NCBI RefSeq assembly: GCF_009914755.1
Contig: NC_060940.1
Reading direction: 5' to 3' (one strand)
Source of the DNA: the human T2T-CHM13v2.0 reference genome, Homo sapiens
Length of the DNA stretch: 64,000 bases
Every line of letters starts with the position of its first letter. Position 1 is the first letter of the stretch. The notes below the pieces were generated by a model. It worked only from the letters and a program-made list of their open reading frames with translations, was not told the origin of the DNA and did not search any database. Shown one piece after another: positions 1 to 15,461 of this stretch. The translations under genes and the position numbers were made by a program.

Positions 1-59
1 ACACTTCTGCAACCTTTATAGGACTAAAGAAGTGTTGTAGGTTATGGGTGATGTCATAG

Positions 60-255
60 ACTCTGGATTCAAAAATGCATGGAAACTAAATCTATATCTA
101 ACTATTTGACCAAATATATAGTTTCACTCTCTATGCCTACATTTTAGCATCTGTAAAATAGGACTAGTAATATGTTTTACCTTATATTGCTCTTTTAAGA
201 ATTAAGTAGTAAAAGTGCTCAGCGTAGTGTATTGTCCATATTAAACACTCAGCAA
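60..255 (+). mobile_element. MIR remnant
   Basis: CATCTGTAAAATAGG core, GTAAAAGTGCTCAGC ... AAACACTCAGCAAA end. Further MIR remnants near 1430-1655, 4715-4870, 5470-5640, 7640-7830, 27060-27300, 32640-32855, 49440-49630 and 52050-52280. Confidence 0.6.
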
Positions 256-3013
256 AAATAATTTCATAAAATTACAACAACTTTATTTTGCTCGAAAAAC
301 CTCCTTCGGGTAAATGCAGTTTTCTTATCCCCATTTTGTAGAAGATGAAAGTTGAGACATTATATTGTTTGGCTATGGCCACATAGTAAGTTGAATAGTT
401 GGTATTCAAGTCCCAAACTTCTGATTTCATACCCAGATATAACTTTATAGTTATTGAGATTTATTATTTTTCTAAAAATTTCTCATCTTAATTCTATGAT
501 TAGAAATAATTTAGGATCAATTCATTTTTCCTCTCTTTCACTCATTCCTCACATCAATGCAATAAAGCCTATTAGTTCTTGCTCCAAAATATATTATGAA
601 ACTATTCCCCATCTATGTTCCTGGATACCATTTGGTCCAAGGCATTATTCCCTCACAAGTGGATGGCAGCAAGAGTCAACTTAATCATCTCATGTTGGCA
701 CCCCCTCCACCTTTTCCAAGTATTACAGAATACAAATCCCTTCTTGTGGTCTATCAAGGCTGACACAATATTGCTCTGTCTACTCCTCCTCTTCACCTCT
801 AAAGACCCCTTTCTCTGAGTTAGTAGCCTCAGATTCTTTGGCCTTCTGTCCAAAGTCATCTCAGGAGCTTCCTCTGCCTATTCCCTCTGTCTGGAATGAC
901 CTTAGCTCCCAAACCAATGCTTCTTATGACTAGATCATACCTGAAATTCAGAAATAAACTTAAAATCATCTCTAGCATGGGCTGCTTCTGTCCATGACTA
1001 AAAATTCCAAATGATTCTGCACTCCCCCAACTCCAGTTGCATGCTTCTGTTTTACTTTGTTTTATAATACATTCTACTGTAGAAAACTACTTCTTTTGAT
1101 CATTTGGTCAATAATTATTCCTTGTCTTCTTCCACTAAAATATAAGTGCTAGAAAATTCATATACCTTGTTCATTACTGAATGCTCATTATGTAGAAAAA
1201 TATGAGGCATAGAATAGGCTTCCAATTAATACTTCCAGAATAATGAATTAACTATACTCCCTGAAGTTTTGTTGAACTTAAGAGTGCACATAAGAGTACA
1301 CATGTTCTAGCAAACTTGGCATTTCCGAGGAATAGGATATCCATTTAAACGTCTCTCACAATAGAGGCAGAAGGTCAATGGAGAGAAAAAGGCATTAGCA
1401 GAATGATATTAGTAAATAATATTGCTTACAATAACAGCAATAACAATGGATTGAATGTATAGTAATTACCCAACTAAGTTTAAGGAAAATTTACATATAT
1501 TCTATCACTTAATTATTTCAACAAAGTTAGAGGAAGATGTTACTGTTCCCATTTTACAGACAAAAAAATTGAGGCCCAAAAAAGCTATATCCCAAAGTTA
1601 TCCTCTCCCCAAGTGATAGAGACAATATTTGTACCTAGGTGTATCCGTCTCCAAAGACATTATTTGTAAAGACTCTTCCATAGAGCAATTTGCTTTATTC
1701 TCACTGCCTGTTATTTTCAATGACAAATAACCTAGCTAATTCCATCAAGGAGGAAGAAAAACTGCTACATTATTCATCGGCAACACATATGCTTTTGAAA
1801 ACTGGTAGACATGGTTCTCAGTCTATCAAAACACACTGAAGTCTTTATTATCCTTACAGTTTTAAAGTCTAGTATAGTCACTGAAAGATTTAGGTTTTGT
1901 TTTTCTACAAGGCCTCATCTGAGGGAAGACAAAGAAACTGAAAGCAAATGTGTTAACACTGTGATCACTCCACATTCAGACACTCCGACGGGAACAGAGG
2001 GACCAGAGTGTGAGGTCTGGTGTGGGGATCTTTTCAGCACTTGCTGGTGAGCAGGACAAATGAAAGGGGCCTGGCGAGGCTGAACACCCGTAATTGGGGT
2101 CAGAACACTGGATTTATTACATTTTCCATTCACTGAAAGGCCTTTTCCTATGGTTCTATTTCATTTCCAGCTCCTTGTATTTTAAACATTGAGTGAAATG
2201 CAAATGCGACATTTAAGCTTTCAGAGGGACACTGAAAATGAACAGCCCTGTGCAGAGAGTATTTGGTATGGATTGGTGGGGTAGTGAGGAGAGAAAAGGT
2301 TATTACATCCTAAGGAAATTTAACTGAAGAGGAGGAAGGAAAATAAAAGACTAAGTTACTCATATAAACGAGAAAACAGAATGACAGCAGAAGTGTATTG
2401 AAAATGAATCTGTTCCCTCCTCAAATTGTTTGAAAAAAGTCTTTATTGGGAAAGTCTAAGAATTTTATATTAGTCAGGAAAATATAGATCGTCTCTTTTC
2501 CTGGGTTGACTGATGAGAGAAAGAGGGCTTGTGGGGAAGAAATTTCAATCTCTTTTTATAAATAATATTTTAGTTCTCTGCTACTTATTTAACAAGTTCT
2601 GGAAAACATTGTATTTTGGGGAGGTGGAACTTGAATCTATCAGATATTATAGATGGAAAATATATGCATTCATTTATATTTACAGAAAATATCTGTGAAC
2701 TTCCTAAAACAGTGAAAGAGATTGTATAACCCAAAATAGTAGGTAAGTAGTAGCAAAATACCATTGGGGCAGAAAAGAAGTGGCAACAAAATAACTACAA
2801 TGACAAATTAAATCTCTGTTGAAGGTAAAGAATCCAGAAAAGTCTAGTGATTTATTAGTAATCATTGTGGAAGATGATAGCTAATGAACAGGCCAAGGGA
2901 AGGGGAAGGCAGGACTCTCTGGTTGGGGAGAGTTCCTATAGATGGAAATCCAGGCCAACAGTCAATGCAGCATGCCAATCTATATGTAATTGATGAGATA
3001 AAAAGCCACTCAC

Positions 3014-3284
3014 AGCCGATCACAGGGGCTCATGTCTGTAATCCCAGCACTTTGGGAGACCGAGGCAGACAGATAACAAGGTCAGAAGATCGAGACCATC
3101 CTGGCCAACATGGTGAAACCCCATCTCTACTAAAATACAAAAAAGTAGCTGGGTGTGGTGGTGCACGCCTGTAGTCCCAGCTACTCAGGAGGCTGAGGCA
3201 GGGGAATCGCTTGAACCTGGGAGGCGGAGGTTGCACTCTAGCCTGGCAATAGAGCAAGACTCCTTCTCAAAAAAAAAAAAAAAA
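3014..3284 (+). mobile_element. Alu (AluS, Sc-like) with 24-nt deletion in right arm
   Basis: Alu dimer, TGTAATCCCAGCACTTTGGGAG, A-rich linker, poly(A) 3269-3284; imperfect TSD AAAAGCCACTCACA / AAAAGCCAGCCACA. Confidence 0.95.
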
Positions 3285-3683
3285 GCCAGCCACAAAGATG
3301 TTTTCTAGATATTCTCTTCCTCAGGATTCCTAATGAAGTACCCATATTTATTCATCATCCCTCTGTGAACCTTAATGATATATTAGCATTTTTACATAGG
3401 CTTTCATTTTCTTTATCTCTCTTCCTCCCCATCCACCATCAACTCCCCCCTAACTCCTGCTATTGGGGGTGGTAAGAAAAATTAGCTAGATTAAGGTTAT
3501 GGGAATAATTTTTTTAAGAAGTAGTCTATGCCTTTTTGTTCTTGGTCCCTATGCAGCTCTGAGACATAAGCATCATTGCAAAGACATAATGGAGAACATT
3601 TGTGAAGGTTTAAAGTTCAAAAGCAACATATTGACATTACAACAGTCTTCTATGGTGTGGGTGGCATTCTTGCTTCCCCATTA

Positions 3684-3743
3684 AAGAAAGTGCAGGAAGA
3701 GCAGAATCAAGAAAGTGCAGGAACAGCAGAATCAAGAAAGTGC
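3684..3743. repeat. 25-bp tandem repeat, 2.4 copies
   Basis: AAGAAAGTGCAGGAA(G/C)AGCAGAATC at 3684 and 3709, partial at 3734. Confidence 0.95.
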
Positions 3744-4325
3744 CAGCTATGTTCTCCTGAAATAGACTCTCAAAGGATGCTGCCAATGGTATTCTTCAAA
3801 CATCTGGAAATGGTGCATTATAGCTGAAGCATGGCCCAGGTGTCTGCAAAAATATCACTGCATCATGAACCTGCTTGAGGGCCAGGTGCTTGTTCCACTT
3901 GTATATCCTATGAGAGAGTGGAATCTTGGGTCACAGAATATGTGACACTCTTCCTTGAAATGCTTTCAGCTGCTGGTCTAATTTTTTTTTGGGATTATCT
4001 ATTCAAAATGGCATGATCCAGCTTCAAAGTCATTGTTGTAGCCTTCTATGCTACCATTCACTCCTTACATATATGTTGTTCTTCTTTTAGGAAAGAGAAA
4101 TTTAAGTCCATTATCTTTTTCTCCTTCAACTAACATCCTAGAAGTTAGTAACATGTTTTCTTGGAGAGAAAAAACGAGTCAGGTAAAAAGCAGAGACCTT
4201 GCAAAAATTTGCTTCTTTACAAAATGTGGTATTATCCTAATCACTTAAGTATATAACATATAGAAGACCTTAGACCCCAGTATGCTATAAGGAAATGAAT
4301 TACAGCAATGGTTGGCAAGTTCTTA

Positions 4326-4705
<380 letters not shown>

Positions 4706-6261
4706 TCAGTCAGAGACTTGGCTTCACTCATTTGCTGTGTAACATCAGATGAGTCATTTCTCAGTTTCTTCTCTTGTAAAATCAGATTAATAATAATTAT
4801 TCTTGCAATTCATAGGATGGTTTTGAAGATAAAAACAAAGTAACTTGCAAACGTAAGTTACTATGAAAATTGGCATATTCATTTTTGCAGGTTAAATTGT
4901 CAGGTGTTATGAAGCTACACTGGGTAAGTTGAAGACTCTCCTTTGTTGGAGCAGTACTATGATTCCCAGTAGAATTTCCTACACTGTTGCTTTTGCTGTG
5001 ATTTTAGGTTTCTACTGGTTCCTTCCACTTCTATTGAACCTCGGAATCTGCTCAGACTCCTTCACCTTTCACCCTTAAAAGTCAATAAAATACGATCATT
5101 AACCCCAAATCTAAGAAATCACCACTGATGAGCTCTCCACTCTTGCCATCATACAAAAATTTCTTACCTTCTGAGCTCAACATTCCTCTGTTGTCTCTAC
5201 ATTCCTATGTTGATATTTACCTCTCATCTCTTCAATGTGGTCATTTTATAGATTTTCCCCCCAAATTTTTTAAATTATTATTTTACTCTTCTTTATTCTC
5301 TAGCTTCTGGTATCCTGGTTTACTTTGATGAGAACTATTATATTCCAACCACAGACACTAGAGAAATGCATCCAGGCATAAGTCAAACTACCGCCACTCA
5401 AAAATGTGGGAGACAGAACATCTCACTTTATTTCTCTGCTTCTAGGCTTCTTCATTCAGGCTTCCTTATGTACTAGTTGAATGAGCATAAGAAAGTTAAA
5501 TCAATCTGAGTCTGTTTCCTCATGTCAAAAATAGGAAGAATAATACTTGCCATCATGTGAATTACAGTAGAGAATGCATATGCATAGTAGTTAAAATAGT
5601 ATCTGACTTATAGCACATGAGCAATATATCTTAGCTATTATTTAACTCACTCATTCTTAGGTTTAAAATTTTAAATTAGCTGATTTCTAGTTTATGAACT
5701 AGTCTGCTATTTGGCTGGTTATTATGAATCAAAAAGACAAAATAGCAAAAGGGCCAATTCCTCTTGGTATTCCAGTGCTTGTGCTTAATCATTTCAGATA
5801 GATTTAGAGAATTCTAACAAACTGTCTCTGTGATCTGTACAAGATTGGTGGTAAAAGTGGTCCCTCTCCAGATGTTTCCTCCTTGAGGAGGGAGCTCCAG
5901 TAATTTCACATTTCTGACCTCTTTCTCTTCCTCATTCAATGCTTCCCAGGAGTGGAGGAGTTACTTAGTTTGATTGATGGGTTTAGATGGAGAACTATGG
6001 GGCATACATCGCCTAGTCACTTTTGCTACCTGTCCCCTGAGAGCTACTCTCAGCCCTGCTAACATAGAATGTCTTTGGTTTTTCTGTGCCCTGCAAAATC
6101 TCTATGGGCTCAGGCCCTCACATGGGGAGGTTTGCAGTTTAACAGCACTTACTCTTACTGACTGGGTAAGTCTGACTACTTCTGGGTATCAATATTAGAA
6201 AGTCCGCATTCTGACAGTGTGTAATACTGTGAGTTTTATGATATGAAACTGATTTTTTGGT

Positions 6262-6653
6262 TCTATATTACTGTGTTAGAACTACCTTAATAAAATATCA
6301 TGGACAGGGTGCTTTAAACAACAGAAACTTATTTTCTCATATTCTGGAGGCCAGAAGTTCAAGATCAAGGTACAAGGCAGGTTTGCTTTCTCCTGGGGCC
6401 TCACTCCCTGGATCGCAGATGGCACCCTTCTCATTGTGTCCTCACATGGCCTTTTCTGTGCGCATGTATATCCTTGGTGTCTCTTCCTCTTCTTACAAAA
6501 ATACCAGCCATCCTGAATCAGGTCTTTACTCTTATAACCTTATTTGGCCTTAATTACCTCTTTACAGGCTCTTTTTTCCAAATACAGTCACATTTTAAAG
6601 CACTGAGAGGGCTTTAACATATGAATTTCACGGGGACAGAATTCAGTTCATAA
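6262..6653 (-). mobile_element. MLT1 (MaLR) solo LTR, MLT1A-C type
   Basis: TTTAAACAACAGAAACTTATTTTCTCATATTCTGGAGGCCAGAAGTTCAAGATCAAGG ... GGGGACAGAATTCAGTTCATAA typical of antisense MLT1. Confidence 0.8.
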
Positions 6654-9600
6654 GAGGTTCACATTGGTCTTTCTCTCAGTTGTTTCCAAACCTTGTGCTT
6701 AGGCAGGAGAATACAGGTGAGTCATTTGGGAACCTCAATAGACTTACAGCAGTGGTTTTCAATCTTATTTTTATTAAATCTTTATGGAGCCTTTTTAGAT
6801 ATTGTCTTTCCCTAATCAAAATCCCTTCCCATGAAATTGTAATGCTACACATACCTGTTTATGTACTATGGCCCTATGGAGGGTCATAAGTCATTCTAAT
6901 CTCTGAGATGCTTTGACCCTGAGAACCAATTTTGCCCTTCTGGGGTGGTCTTGCATGCAATAAAGATTGAATGAAAGCAGGAACAGAGAGAAGTCAGCAA
7001 GTAAGCAATATGAGCCATGCCAGAGCTCCTCAGCTTCTTCCAAAGCAGTACTATGAGCCTTCAGCTCCATGGACCTCAGAGAGGGAGGGTCCACACTCAT
7101 GGAGTATAAAAGGAATTTTCTCCAATCTGTAGAACCCTCTTATAAATAAGTAAGCATGTGTTTCTACGTCTTTGTCCATAATACATCACCACATTTTAAG
7201 GGTATATTTGTGGTTGATAGTCTGGTTTAAAACATAGACTAGGTGGTATATATAATACTGTATTTTATAAGATCTGGGTAAATACGAGTAAGATCCTTCA
7301 AACTAACATGTCATTATCCTCCAGAATAGTTGAAACGAAGGCATAAAATACTCATGTGACTCTCACTTGAGAGACATAGCACATATGAATTAGAACACCG
7401 TGAAAAGAAAAAACAAAAGGGCTTTCAGAGATGAGCACCCAATGAAAAGTTCCTGAGACAGGGATCCAAAATTGTAGATGCTGACATGCTATGGGGCTGC
7501 TTTTCATGTGGACAACTCTCAATAAGTGCTAGACTGAATAAATGCTGCACAGACTTATTTATTCAGTAAAAGCTAATGCATGATACTCCAGGCACTAACA
7601 GAAAAAGAAAACAAAATAACAGAAGATTAACAACAACAAACATTTGAGAGCATTTCTATGCCAGAATGGGGGCAAAACATAACCTCATTTAATACTCACA
7701 ACAACCTGAAGAGGTAGTCGCTATCACTCTTATTCTGCAGACGAATCACAAGGAAGTTTAACAAGGTGAGTAGCTTGTTAGATGTCAAACCAAAGTCTAT
7801 CTGATTACAGAGTCTGCATATTTTACCATTCACCATCCTGGCTGCTACCTGCTCCCAACTCCTGGGTAGAGATAATAAAACTAATTTTCCCATTAGTTTA
7901 GTTTCCAAAAACTAATTGCCAACACTACTCTTCTTAGAGTTTGCCTTTTTACACTGTTAGAGGGGTCTCTGCGAGAGTTACCAGCTATTTATATCGTCAT
8001 ATGAAAGGAGAAGACATGAGTCATTTGCAGAGGGATTGTGTACAGAGGCAGAGCTGCAGCAGTGTAAACTATCACCAATAAAATCACGGTACCCTCACAA
8101 CGCCCACCCTGCTGAAGTAAGTATCATAGGTAGCGATTCCTACCTTACAAATGAGGACACCAAGGACTAGAGAGTTCAGTGATTTATCCAAAGTTCTATA
8201 TCCAGATAGAAGCATCAAAAAGAACTGTAACCTCTGACTCTAAGTTTGCTGCCAGACCCACTACTTCACATTTCCTCCCAAGCACGACCGTCATTGTGAC
8301 CTTCCCTCTGCCCCACTGTGTTTCCCCTCATACCCCTGTCCTCTCTTTCCCTTCCTCAACACCACTGTGATTTTGAAGTTTGTAAGCCATTTGGAGGAGA
8401 TCAACTTCTCCAGCATCCAGACAGTCTTTTACTAAACAAGTCTGCAGTACATAAGGCAGAGGAAGGATTTACATCTTTGACTCTCTTCCAGCAGATATTA
8501 CTTATCTTGAACTGCCAGCAGAGCCTCGTCTATATGATGTGTGTGACAGTGAAGAATAGCTTTTTGCTGCATTGCCGGGCTTGCATGGGTAAAAGAAATT
8601 AGGAGCCATTGTTTGATGGAATGAATATTCAGGAACATCTCTGGGAAATCTTGGCAAGGAGGGTAAGGTGTAAGACCTAGTCTTAGGGGCCGTGAAAATA
8701 ATCCCCAATTCACTGAGCCCTGGCAATGATTTTGTAGAGACTTGACAAGCAAAAAAAAAAAAAAAAAAACCACTCACACACACACAAAAACCATATATGT
8801 ATGAGAGATTATTCAACCCTCCTTAAGACCCTTGTAGGCCATGTCTTTCCCAGTAAAGCTGTTCTTGAATTACATAGCATGTGAAAAAAGTTTGTTTATA
8901 ACCTCGTCCTTAAAAACTTGGCATCAATTGTGTCTCATAAACATAATTGTAAGCAGTGGTCATTATAGATAGTGGCTGGATATATATCTTAGTAGTGACT
9001 TGCATACATCAAACAATCAACAAATGATAAGTCTTATTAACTGTAGTGCTCATTTCATGTATACATATTTATTGTTTTTCTAAAGTATAGTACATCTTCA
9101 GTGATATGAGAGATATCTGCATTTCATAGTATGCCTGTGGTAAAATGACATCAAGTTTTCAAACTTATCTTCACAGTCCTTAGCACAGAATAGAAATATT
9201 AATGAACCTATTTTCGGACAAATTCCTAAGGAATATCTGGCAATGTTCAGGTTTTATAGTTAAAATTAGATCTGAGAGATATCTGGTTGATTCTGCAGAA
9301 TTCGTTGAAATGAAGTCAAAATATACATTTTGTCACAAATTTGATAACATATTTGAACTAGATTCTCTTAGTTTACTGCAATATTTTCCTAACAGTAACA
9401 AAACATGTTTTAAAATTGTACTTATGTCAGTTTAATAGTATTGGATGATGTGCAAAGGAGATTATTTTGTGCTTTTACATTTTAAATAGAATGGTTGACC
9501 TCTGAATCCAGAATCTTATTTAAGCTTTAAAATTCTTCAGAATGAGATATAAGGTGGAACTGCACTCAAGGACGCAATCTTGGTAATGAACAGTAGTTCA

Positions 9601-11199
9601 AAATCCTACTTTGACATATAAAATAATGTGTTAAAAAATAAAACATGCTTGATAGGCACCAACATTTTTTTTTAGCATAAGCATAGTGTCAAGCACTAAC
9701 ATAATATAAACTATTTTGAGGGTTTTAATCACAGCACATATGTATTTTTCCTCTATCTACTCCAATATCAAATGCTAGCAGTATAAGATCTACTTTTGAA
9801 TAAATTAAGGGAATGTGAGTATACCTCTCATTGCAAAATACACACATTTTTAAAATGCTCAACATGAAAATATACCATATATTATTTTCTATTTCAAATA
9901 TACATGGGAAGCTCTGTGCATGGTTTTATCTTAGGTGAACTCCTCACGTGTGCCAGTCATTGATGAAAGAGTTGCAGACCTCATATAGGTAACTGCGTAC
10001 CATTCAAGGGACAGGAAGAGGTCACTCATGAAAAAAGCAAGCTATTTTCCAGCAGCATTAGCCAGCATTGTTCCAAATTAGGGATGTATCCATTCATGGA
10101 CCCGTGGAGAAGTAAGTATGAGATCAATTTCAGACAAGCTATAGGACTGAAGGTATGGGTGGCCCCTTAAAAGAAAATATAGGTGTTGTTGGTAAAAGCA
10201 GGAAGTAGATGATGGTGACCTAGCCAACATTTGCTCCCTACAGCTCACATATCTGAATCTCTAGAAGTCTGACCAGTGGATTTGCATTTTTACCAAATTT
10301 CCCAGGTGATAAATATTGTCATTACAGTTGAAGAATCACTCTTTGTGTATAATTTCTGCACCCCTAAAAGCATTTTGCACATAGTTTAAAAGAGGACACT
10401 AATATTTGATAATCTTCAGAATAATGTTCTAATGCACTAGAAAGAGAGGGGGAGAATAGCCACATTTGTGTTCCAGTGGTGTTTGCCCCTTTCTGATCTG
10501 TAGGGATATCTCAAACCTTCAGGGCAGGTGACTGAGTAGGAAAAGCCCATGAAATAGCCAATTATTTTAACCAGAGAAACACCACTTTTAGCTGGATGAC
10601 ATTTTTAGTTTCCATGTGAAATTACACCTTTAGAAATTATTCTGTGTTTAGGTGGGGACATGTCTAAACATTCTGGATCACCCATTTTGAAGATATAAAA
10701 ACTTAGGCACAGAGAAGCAAATCCAGGACCACTTATAAATTCAAGTCCTCTGACTCTCAATCCAGTGCTCCTTCAAGCTTGGATTCTAGAATCCTGAAGA
10801 ATACAGGGAATGGAATCTCACCTTAGAGAATTCTTTTGTCTTAGGTAGGTTGCCCCTTCCTGCTAAGATGCACCACAAATGGGATTCTGCCTCCTGGTCA
10901 TGAATTATCCCATCTTTGCTAATGCTCTGATCTGTTTGCTTGCTTATATAAAATGCAGCCCATCCACATGTGAGTGGAAATACTGATCAAATTGCAAAGG
11001 TGTAAGAGATAGGGAGGGAAGAGTTGGGAACTTACCTCTCTTTGAGCACCATGATCAAAGAGCCACTAGTCAGATAATATCACTAGGTCTGGGTATCTGC
11101 CTTGTTTAGACTTTGTTCTCATGGATGTTTCTTTCAACTGACTTTTATTCAAATCAATAAAGGAATTGCTGAGATTGTCCAACTCAACAATTTATAAAA

Positions 11200-11450
11200 G
11201 GGTTTCTCAAACTTAGCACTGTTGGGAAACTTAGCACTGTTCTCAAACTTATTCTAGGCCAGATGCTCCTTTGTTATAGGGTGGACCTGTGCACTATGAG
11301 ATGGTTAGCAGTATCCCTGGCTTCTACCCACTAGATAACAGTAATATCACCATTCCTCCCAACCTCAGCTGTGACAACCAAAAATATCTTCAGACATTGT
11401 CAAATGTTGCCTAGGGTTGTTGCCAAATCACCTCCAGTTGAGAACAACTG
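11200..11450. mobile_element. MER20 (hAT-Charlie) DNA transposon
   Basis: GTTTCTCAAACTTAGCACT ... GTGACAACCAAAAATATCTTCAGACATTGTCAAATGT ... GTTGAGAACAACTG termini. Confidence 0.85.
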
Positions 11451-12184
11451 ATGTATACAACTAACTACACCTCACTCTACAGAAAATATGCAATTTTGTG
11501 TAGTGGATAAAGTAAAATTGGATCTTTGCCCCCACTTATTCAGTATAAGGATCTGAAGATTGCTATTAGCTAATTAAGCTAAGAATGTTGTTCAGTATTT
11601 GTCCTCTTGTGCATGTACCATGATGTCTAGCTAGGGTCAGGACGTCTACTGTTTGCTAAAGAAGGTTTGTTTCTAAATTACATTCGTATCTTCCTTTGGG
11701 ACAAGAATACTTTTTGATTATTGAGTTTTCATGAATTAATTTCTACAAAACATTATTTCCAATGCTTTCTGCAAAATACTGATTGTAGCTGTGATATTCC
11801 ACTGTATCTCCCCAGTCCAAGGTTTCTGCCTCTGCATCTATATTTGTTCACACAGTGGCTTTGTCTGACGCAATTGACAGTACCTGCCACATTGTGCCTT
11901 ATGAGTTGGCTATGTTTGTGCATGGTTGAGAAGAAAGAAGTTTAAACCAACTTTGGAAAAGAAAATTGCCAGCTGCTTAGAGAGCATTCTGAGAAACTGA
12001 TCCTCTGGTGAACATAAATATAGGCCACAGGTAACTTCTGGCAATGCTCTTGAACACTGTCCAGCAAAGGCAACACAGAACTAACTCAGGACATTACTCT
12101 TGCCTACATTAAGCTCCACCATATGGATTCTTCTCACTCTTGGAAATGTTCTTTTCTACTTCTTCCCACTCTTCTTCTTTCTTT

Positions 12185-12950
12185 CTATAGTATTTATTTA
12201 GTGCTTGAAATATTCTTGGCACAGCCCAGGCCCTGGAGTTGTAAGTTGAATTAGGCTGGGTTCCCCCTCAAGGTTCATCATAGTAGACAGAATTATGAAT
12301 AGTAACAGATGGATCAACAGGTTACTCTTACATTACAGAGAAAGGACACCAAATCGTTTCTGAAGACCTAGTACATATTTTTCACAGACCAGACAGAGAT
12401 TTAAATGTAAAGATTTACCAAGCATTAAATAATATTATATAGTTGTGTGACAGAACATACTGAGGTTAAAAAAAGATTTGGAAATGTATGGTATTTATCA
12501 TGAAGAGTATGTTTCTCAAATATTTGGTTAGAGGAAGGGCAGTGATATGGAGATTGTTAGATGGGAGAAGATGAAACTGGAAAGGACTGTTTAACAGACC
12601 CAAGCAAGAACCATAAATATCCATGGGAAATTATAAGGCAGGGGGTGACATCAGAGATATAATTTTAGAGATATAATTATAGCATCATATGGCAGGTTAG
12701 AAAGGCTAAGACAGAAGGAAAGGAAGAACATTCAATGTAATAATTGCTCAACAATTCAAGTAACACTTGATGGTACCTAAACGGAAGCCCCAGGAGTGGG
12801 GCTGTCACAAGAGTGTGAATCTGTGTGATAAAATGTTTGGGGCTTTGCAGCTGATTGCTTGAAATGGTGAGGAGAGGAAAAGAAGTGGAGATGGCTCCCA
12901 GGCTTCAACCCTAGTGATCTGAGAGAAAGTAAAGTTGACAAACTATATTC
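12185..12950 (-). mobile_element. L2 remnant
   Basis: GTATTTATTTAGTGCTT start and purine-rich decayed L2 antisense (GGAGATGGCTCCCAGGCTTC). Other L2-like remnants near 820-1250, 18750-19140, 25070-25385, 33640-33930 and 46560-47625. Confidence 0.6.
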
Positions 12951-12995
12951 GGTCTTCTAGTGTCTATGGGCTGTTCATGGTGTAAACGTTTGATA

Positions 12996-13588
<593 letters not shown>

Positions 13589-15461
13589 TAGACAACTGGG
13601 GCTCACTCCGCTTTGTATTAAGGAAATGCTACAAATTAGCAGAGAAGGGAATAGGCTTGGCAGTTCTGTATTTTGATTTTTGGTTATGGAAATGTGGACA
13701 TGTCTAATTTTGCCAGCCTCAGACTGACTTTTCGGAGATATTTTTTGGGTTTAGGTTTGATGTTCACCCACCAGTAATGCATATCACATTTCATCCTTAC
13801 TTTCCTAGCACCATGATTTGATAGAAATGATAGAAATGCAGAAGCTTATGAAAACAACCATTTCAATTCCCTCCTTTATAGATAAGAGACAGTAATCAGA
13901 GAAAAAGTGTTTTTTTCCAAAGTAATGCAAAGGAGAATATTAAATAAAGAGAATAATCGGACAAATAAGTGTCAGGGCTAGTTTTGCCTTCTAAGATTTA
14001 AAACAAACAAAAAAATGGAGGGCTATAATGGGTTAGAGAGGTGTTTAAGTCTGGGATGTTTAAGTATTTATTGGGAATGCTCAGGAAAGGTAGGTGTTAA
14101 GGGTCAGGCAAGAAATTATCATCAGAATGATTCTTCCCCAGAAGGGAGTAATGGAGATTCATGACATCATGCTTACAAGTTAATTCTAGGTGGCCAGCTC
14201 ATTCAACATACAGATATTATGTGTTAGCTAGACTGAGAAAGTGATGTAGAAAAGACCTAATGGAGAAATGGAAGAATCCATACATATAAGGAAATATTCA
14301 GAAGAAAATACAAAGCTTGTGGAATGCTCAATACCCCACCCCACCTATTTTTGGGGACATTCCACCAGAATATTGAGTTCCTGAATTTTGTGGTACCATA
14401 ATGGCAGGCAGACAGGTGAGAGCCACTTGCAATCACAAAGGTCACTGCTTGGTACTAGCATACTGAGAACTTTCCCACTAAATCTTCCTTCCCTTCTAGA
14501 TAATGGGGTAGGGTGCTGGGAAGGGGAAAAGGATGTGATTCAGGTGTGTGTTATTGTCTTCTTTTTCCTTTTTGTCTTTCCCCACCTCCCGCAATAATAT
14601 CATTGAATTACTGGGAGGCTTTTTGCATCCAGTAATCTACATCAAAAATAATTCTCCAAGGAAAAGTATCTCAAGATGCCTGAAGGCAAATTGTCAGGGT
14701 CATTAAAATGCTCTGGAACCTCATCACCACTTCAACAAATTGTGTGTGTGTAACATGTATTTATTATGAACAAGTTCTTTGCCACCGTATCTCAGAAGAT
14801 ACACAAACCATAGTGACAAAGGTGCTGGTTTCTTTAGCTTCTACATTTGTGGTGAATAAGAGCAATTTGAGACTTTAAAGTATCAAATAAATGAGTTTCC
14901 ATGTTGCGAACCCCTAGAAACTAATTGAAATCATGTGTTTTTCTACTTAAAGATTAGCTCTAACAGTGCTTCTGAAAATGAAAAGCAGAAAGTAGCACTC
15001 TACTTATTATGGTGTTCCACAGCTCAGCTATGGGTTCCAGAGTGGTCTCTAATGATTGCTGGTTTAGTGAGTGGCAAATCCTATAAATAAGAAAAAGTTC
15101 CAAATCACTTTCAGCTTGGCTGCCTCAAATTATGTAGAGTATCTAAGGTAATCTCTGTTTCAGTTTGGAGTTAGGGTTTCAGATGCGTTTGCAGGGAGCC
15201 CTCTGACTCAAAGGCAATATGAACACTTAACACTCACCTTGGAGTTCTCCTATGCTTAAGTGAGATTGCCATTTTCTCCTTTGAGTGTGTTAACGAAAAA
15301 AGCATGACAGAAAAAAGCTTAAATTTGAAATAATGGCCCTATAGTAGAATCTGCCAATGTCTGCACCACCTACGTTGGCTATTTTCATGTGAAAGGGAGA
15401 ATGTCACTCCCCCTCCCCGAACCCAACATGCACTCATATTCTGGCACAATGTTTTTCTTAG

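Noticed and set aside
3684-3743. 25-bp repeats as a CRISPR-like array
   Set aside because: Head-to-tail copies without spacers in eukaryotic DNA; a simple tandem duplication.
9925-10120. Possible exons (TTTTATCTTAG and ATTTTCCAG acceptors; GTAACT and GTAAGT donors)
   Set aside because: Such splice-like motifs are expected by chance in 64 kb; no ORF or transcript evidence is available.
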